NCBI GenBank assembly: GCA_905178155.1
Contig: CAJINV010000018.1
Location: 6,479 to 70,478 of the forward strand
Length of the DNA: 64,000 nt
Direction: 5' to 3'
Source: Amoebophrya sp. A120
Lineage: Eukaryota; Protista; Dinoflagellata
Both the position numbers and the translations under genes were made by a program. A model generated the notes under the pieces. The model made no database searches. It saw only the letters and a list, made by a program, of their open reading frames with translations, and was not told the origin of the DNA. Of this stretch, positions 58,801 to 64,000 are shown in pieces (positions within the stretch are counted from its first letter, which is position 1; each line of letters opens with the position of its first letter).

Positions 58801-61790
58801 CCCGCCGGCAGCGCCCACCCGCGCGAGGCTGAGAACCCGCGGAAAACTTTGGCCGCTCTCCTGTATCACAATGAAAAACCCCCCCCTCCCCATATCAAAA
58901 CGGAAATCTGTGATGCGGGATTTGTGTACACAAATCACATTTGTCTTGCAGGAAAGCATTGCACACAGATCGCAAGCCCAAGGGGGGCCCTTTTGGTGTA
59001 GGGACCTAGTCGATGGCAGACGTCTGCCCTGTAGGCCTTGCAGCATTACAAACCGCCTGCATGTAATCGCGGCGGACTCTCTGGATTTGCCTTCTGGCAA
59101 GACAGGCCGGATTTGTGGTCACAAATCTGCATCACAAATTTTCAGGGCGACATGTTTTAAATATGGGGAGGGGGGATTTTTCCTTGCAATATCCTGGTTG
59201 TAAGGTTTGTTCGCGTGGTCCTCGCGGGGCATTTCTCGTCGCGAGCGTTTTCCGCCATCATGGGAGGAGAGCAGCACCCCGACTGTTTTTCCAAAATTCG
59301 CAGGATTCTCGGCGGCTCGTGCTGCGAGCACCTCCGGGGCGGTTACGGGGTCAAAAGGAAATTCTGCCTGCGACGCGGCCACGTTGTCCAGGATCTTCCT
59401 CTCCACAAGCTGCTGCTCATGGTCCTGCACGGCTTGTTGTAGTTGCGCCGCCGCTGCTTGTTCCACCATGTGGTCGACTTGGGCCGCGCCGGTGGTGGTA
59501 CTATTATTCTCTTCCCATTCTTGCCTGAACCTGGCAAGTCGCTTGTCCTGGATCAGCTGCTGCTCCCTCTGCTCCTGATATGGATTGCAAAAATGTCTGG
59601 GTCTGGAAGATTAGAACTTGTAATGCTAAATCTGAATGATGCAAAAATCTGTGCTGCGTGAGTGCCAAAAGCTGTCCGCTTCTGACCAAGTTGAGAGGGA
59701 GTTTCTCATGCAGGAGAGGCATGATAGAGACCTCAAAGAATCTGTCATGCTGGGTTTCGCATTCCAGACCTCATGGGTCATGGAAAACCTGCATCACAAA
59801 TCTTGCAATCTTCCAGACCCAGACATTTTTACATTCGATACCTGATCCGGCGTTTTTATCGCGCCCCCGCGGACACTGGTGTTTGGGCTGCTGGTGCGGT
59901 GTGGACGAGCAAACACGTCCGGCTGTAGCTCCCTCTGCAGCGTGTCAAGGGTCCTTCGATTCAACGTCGAGGACTTCTGTGGAGGTCCTAGATCTAGTGC
60001 ATCTGGCACACCAGCTGCTGCAGGAGTTCCGCTCGTAGTTTGCCTGGATCTTGCTTTCGTCCTTGAGGAGGTGGCAGCACCTGCTGTCGCAGGAATTGTT
60101 GTCGCCTGGACCACTCCTCGTTGTTGTTCCTCGAGCTGCGGTGTCGTGGCTAGTGCAACCGTTTATCAAATGCAAAAGTGTCCGGGTCTGGAAGAATGCA
60201 AACTTCTCATGCATATTTTCCATGCCCCATGAGGTTTGGAATGCAGGACCTAGCATGGCAGGTCCTGCGACGTCTCTATTATTCCTATCCTGCATGACAA
60301 CATGCCTCTAAACTTGTTCAAAAGTGGACAGCTTTTGGTAGTCATGCAACACAAATTTTTGTACAATCCAGACTTAGCATGACAAGTTCGCGTCCTCCCA
60401 GACCCAGACATATTTCTTCCCGGCTTACAACCCGATTATTCTCCTCGTCGAGGGCCTGCGCTTCTTGCTCCGGTCTGCGGTTGACAACGACCGAAAACAC
60501 ATCATCGACCGAAAGCGATGTTACTGACGTCGTCTGCAACAAAGTGTCCGGGTCCGCGTAACACAGGCTCAGCAGTGTGGTATCCCTCAAGAGTGGGCCC
60601 GCGCGTGTGTTTACCGGAGAAAAAAACGTTGGAGGTAAATGAAATCGGACATCAATCCGGCGATGTGAAGATGTAACCGGAGAAAAAAACGGAGGTGGAA
60701 CGTCAGAGGATGGATCCGGAAAATGTGGAACGTTGGAGGTAAAAATGAAACGCCAATCTTCCAGCGATGAGTCTAGAAAACCTTGGACGCCCGCATCGCC
60801 AACCAGCCTGAGGTTTAGCATGTCCGAGAACGAAATATTCACTGACACTATAGGGGCACCATCATGATTATCTGCTCTCCCCATATTTGTTCGAACGAAG
60901 TTTGCCGTCTCGGGGGAAGGCAAGTCGTGGAGCACCCGCCACTTTCCGTCAGCATCGTGCCGCCAAGAGGCAGCCGACGGGAATTTTCTTCCAAGACGAC
61001 TTATCCAATTCCGATCGTCTTTCCAATATAATGTAGCTCCATTATCCGTCATACGATGAAATGCGGGCCACCATTTATATCCATTACGCCTGAGCATGCG
61101 GGCAACAGCCAGGACGACAGGCCAGTGTCTCAGGCTCTGCTCGATCTGTTCCGGCCACGTCATGGACTGGGGATCCAGAATGGAAGGTTGTTCCTGCGGT
61201 CTAGCTAGCTTAAACTGAACTTCGCACCAACTTGCTCTCGTGCTCCGGTTCTCGCGAGAGGCCTCGACGCCATGCGATCTGGCTGCGCACCAAACGGCTA
61301 GGTGGATAAGGAGGACGCGCTGCCACCAGTGTGACGCGTTTCGCACCAGCCATCTTCTCCCCGACCATGTCATTTTTCGCGACCTGAAGAACCCAATGGG
61401 CACGCGGAGACCACGAGCGGATATCGGATTGATGTTTGAAGCCATCCTAGAACCACTTATCGGGGTATGCATTGCAAATGGGTCGGGGTCTGGAAGACTT
61501 CTATATTTGTCTTTGTCACGCGCGTCGGACATGACTCGGGATACCCACGAAAAGGTCCTCTGGCCTGTGATGCAACGACGCAGTTTGCCATGCGAATAAT
61601 GCGCAACACATAGCAGCCCGACAATTTGCCACGCTTACTTAGCTGTGTATTGCAATACTTCATTCTTACCGTTCCCTTTCAGCATGACAACCTTCCAGAC
61701 CCAGACACATTTGCTGTCGATATTGGCTGGCGGATCCAGATGGTGCTCCACTGGCACCGTCTTCGCCTGCTACTTGTCTTCGCCTTTCTT
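55899..61790 (-). CDS. Chimeric multi-exon protein ending in DUF4116-like repeats
   Basis: C-terminal repeats ALEHASEACRD, LEFASPRLRDDENLV, LEFASERLRGNRDV, MRFASSELQRDREL. Frame restored across introners at 56309, 56734, 57060, 58864, 59579 and 60164. The junction near 58.1-58.3k and the 5' end are uncertain. Confidence 0.6.
56309..56442. mobile_element. Minimal introner (134 bp) inside a DUF4116-like repeat
   Basis: IR tatcgaatgcaaaag / cttttgcatatcata; TSD tgcaa/tgtaa; removal gives LVAIAVT-AVPAMLEFASE. Confidence 0.88.
56734..57008. mobile_element. Introner
   Basis: IR with GTCTGGGTCTGGAA; TSD diverged (cgatt/aggtc); removal +5 nt gives FETVWDL-IRKSPSALEHASE. Confidence 0.82.
57060..57293. 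mobile_element. Introner
   Basis: IR tatgcgttgcaaagatgtc / gacatatttcctatggata; TSD cagtt/caagt; in frame. Confidence 0.82.
58122..58284. mobile_element. Probable degenerate introner (AT-rich, 26-bp internal IR)
   Basis: tagtactacacccattagttgtaccag vs ctggtacaattatgggtgttgtacta; right end tgcatcggata; left end unclear. Confidence 0.55.
58864..59191. mobile_element. Introner (poly-C TIR subfamily)
   Basis: Perfect TSD tcctg; ~31-bp IR with aaaaaycccccctccccatat; in frame. Confidence 0.92.
59579..59840. mobile_element. Introner
   Basis: Perfect TSD cctga; empty site in the duplicate at 43486-43490; in frame. Confidence 0.95.
60164..60421. mobile_element. Introner (duplicate of 44066-44330)
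   Basis: Near-identical sequence; TSD ccgtt/ggctt; in frame. Confidence 0.8.
61466..61722. mobile_element. Introner
   Basis: IR tatgcattgcaaatgggtcggggtctggaag / cttccagacccagacacatttgctgtcgata; TSD poorly conserved. Confidence 0.8.
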
Positions 61791-63300
61791 GGCGGCACTA
61801 CTTGTTTCTGCAGGACTGCGTACGGGAAACGCAGAAGGATTTGCGGCAGTTGCTTGGGCTAAAGCTGTTCTTCAATGCTGGGGAACTGGGTCGCGGGGAA
61901 GAATAATTTTTGGTCTTCGTCAGGACACCAAAGGCCTAGGGGTAGTGCCGAGGCAAAAGACGACGTGCTTCTGGACGAGCAATATGTTGGCGACTACTAT
62001 GGGGAAAACATATCGAGACCATCGTCTTCATCGTCGCACCCACCATTGTCAAAACATCGCCAGGGTCGTGGAGAAACATGCTCAAAAAATCCAAGCTTTT
62101 CTAGTTCTTTGTGAAAGTGTAACTGTGAGAATGTAATTGTGAAAGTAGAGGACACGCTACGCCACGTGGCACTACTCATAACCATTAGCGCGGTGTGCTG
62201 TATTCTAGCGCGGTTCCTGCTCCGTTCATTTCTCGGAAAAAAATGTTTCTCGAAAACCAGCCGTGTTGTGCTTTAATTGCTAGGAACGACAAAAATGGCC
62301 CTTGAATTCTGGTTCCCGTGGTCCTGTGTCCGGGCAAGGCTCTAAAGGCGATCTATTTGTTCTTCGCTTTTCTTGTCGATGTCCTCTTTATTCTGCATTT
62401 CAAGATCTAACCTTGCAGATCTGGTCAAAGCAGGTTGCTCACCTTCTATGCTTTCATCATTCGAATAATACTATACTAACACTTGTTTACGAAAATGCTT
62501 TTATTCTGGATGATCTGTAGCCTAGTTATGATACCTCTACCGAGGCTAACTTCTTCTGCAGACGATCTGAAGTCGTTGTAGATCACAATATTTGTGCGAG
62601 AATTAGCACCGCTGAGGCAACCCACGTCACACACGACGAAAAGCACTGCCGAGGCGACACTCGTACGTTGTATGATTTTCACCGTTCCCTCTCCATCGAA
62701 GACCTCAGCGCTTCCTTCATGGTTGTCGTTGGGTCGACACAGGGAGGACTCCGGTGGATGTTACACACTGCTTTCTTGTTTCAAAGTGGGACTCTGCAGT
62801 GGCAGACTGACGTGCCTGTACGAGCGCACTCGTTGTCGGATACAGCTTTTTGAAAGGAGCGCCTGCTTTGTGTTTTTCGAACAGACCGTCTCGAGCAGGA
62901 GGCGGCATGATGGGTCTGTGCTGTTGTCTTTGGTTCTTCTCGTTCAAGAAAATGGGTAAAGCCGCGTCAACAGTCGACACTTGCTCTCCATATTTCATTT
63001 TACATTCTCGATCAAGAGGTAGGGGTTTGTAAATCAAAGGGATAAATCAAAGGCAAACGCAAAATAAAAAAGGTACTTGCCGATACATAAGACGTAGTGA
63101 GTTCTACTCCATTTTTGTGAACAGGAAAAGAAGTTCCGAACAACTTTTGATTATCTCCTTGTAGAAAAAAAAGTGCCTCGATCTCTTTGCCGAAATATCG
63201 AAATGTGACCGGCATTCGAGTGTTGTGAGTCTAGGAAAAAATAGATGTTTTGTGAGTGGCAGCACATTGCGTTCGACAAAGTCACGTAGTTTTGAATGCC

Positions 63301-64000
63301 TCAAAAGATTTCCTGCACGCCGTCCTGAAAGCCGACGCGATCACTCTGAAGATTTTGAGCATCTTCCGGCTTCAGCATGTTTAGCGCAAGAACTTCATCT
63401 GGCGAAAAACCCGTTTCAATGATTGCGCGGAAAACTTTAGGCCATCCGAGCTCCACTATTCGGTAGAACCTATCCGCGGCTTGCAAACGCGCGCGAAGTT
63501 CCGCTTGCTGTTCCTCGTCGTCGAAGGGAGCCTCTGCTTCTGCAGCCGCCAGGGTTCGCTGAGAAATCCAGACTTTTATCGGTCGGTCCGTGACAAACTT
63601 TTCCGCGCGGTCGTCTTTCAGCCTGCCGGTGTTAAAGTACTGATCACAATGCAGATACTCTAGTCCAGTTCCGTAATTCTCGGCTCTGCGGACTCCCGCG
63701 AACACGCCGTGTTTGGTCTCGTGGGCATGTCCTGGACGAAGCTGCAGCGTCCGGTCGTCAAGAAGCGCTTTAAGCATCTCATCGTTCCACAAGTCGCCGG
63801 TCAGCAAATCCAGATCGCGAGTATCGACCTCGCCCTCCCCCGGAAAAACCAATTTGAAGTCGTAGTTACGAATGGGGATGACGAGAAAGCCGCCCTTCCC
63901 ACCGGCCGCGATTCTGTTGTCACACAGAGAGCTACTCGCGCCAGAGTGGTGGCTAACGCTACCGTCCAGTTTTTCCCGAAGAACATCGGCGGGAACGGGT
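63301..64000 (-). CDS. Unknown family A protein, copy 4 (3' part; runs off the window)
   Basis: Closely similar to 17664-18752 (FPGEGEVDTR, ENYGTGLEYL, IETGFSPDEV). Confidence 0.85.
   Translation of the reverse strand, partial: PVPADVLREKLDGSVSHHSGASSSLCDNRIAAGGKGGFLVIPIRNYDFKLVFPGEGEVDTRDLDLLTGDLWNDEMLKALLDDRTLQLRPGHAHETKHGVFAGVRRAENYGTGLEYLHCDQYFNTGRLKDDRAEKFVTDRPIKVWISQRTLAAAEAEAPFDDEEQQAELRARLQAADRFYRIVELGWPKVFRAIIETGFSPDEVLALNMLKPEDAQNLQSDRVGFQDGVQEIF

Noticed and set aside
35942-61722. Recurrent peptides such as LPDPDIFAF, FQTQTFLH and CLGLEEC at ORF ends
   Set aside because: They are translations of introner TIRs, not a protein motif
1-64000. Dinoflagellate spliced-leader relics, telomeric repeats, tRNA/rRNA, or an autonomous transposase
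   Set aside because: None seen by eye; needs a formal search

Overview
Eukaryotic (protist-like) DNA. All credible genes lie on the minus strand over about 60 kb, and many encode Q/G/S/A-rich low-complexity proteins. This layout and the intron type suggest a syndinian dinoflagellate such as Amoebophrya (inference). The window opens with a ~215-bp satellite (1-3545) interrupted by a hAT-like non-autonomous element. Bases 4.8-30 kb and 63-64 kb hold two tandem multigene families: an unknown ~400-aa family (4 copies) and an LRR/RNI-like family (4 copies, one hit by an 877-bp MITE). The main signal is about 25 short elements (134-438 bp) inserted into coding sequence between 29 and 62 kb. Each has TAT...ATA termini, terminal inverted repeats, 5-bp target-site duplications (TSDs) and an internal GCAT(C/G)ACAA motif. 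Removing an element plus one TSD copy restored the reading frame at every junction I could test against flanking ORFs. At the junctions examined no GT-AG boundary was possible, and paralogs show empty sites, so these behave as transposon-derived, non-canonical 'introner' introns. Removing them, with two inferred canonical introns, joins 45067->31332 into one giant gene carrying a degenerate RNase II (RNB)-like domain without its catalytic aspartates. Two chimeric paralogs reuse its modules, one ending in DUF4116-like repeats.
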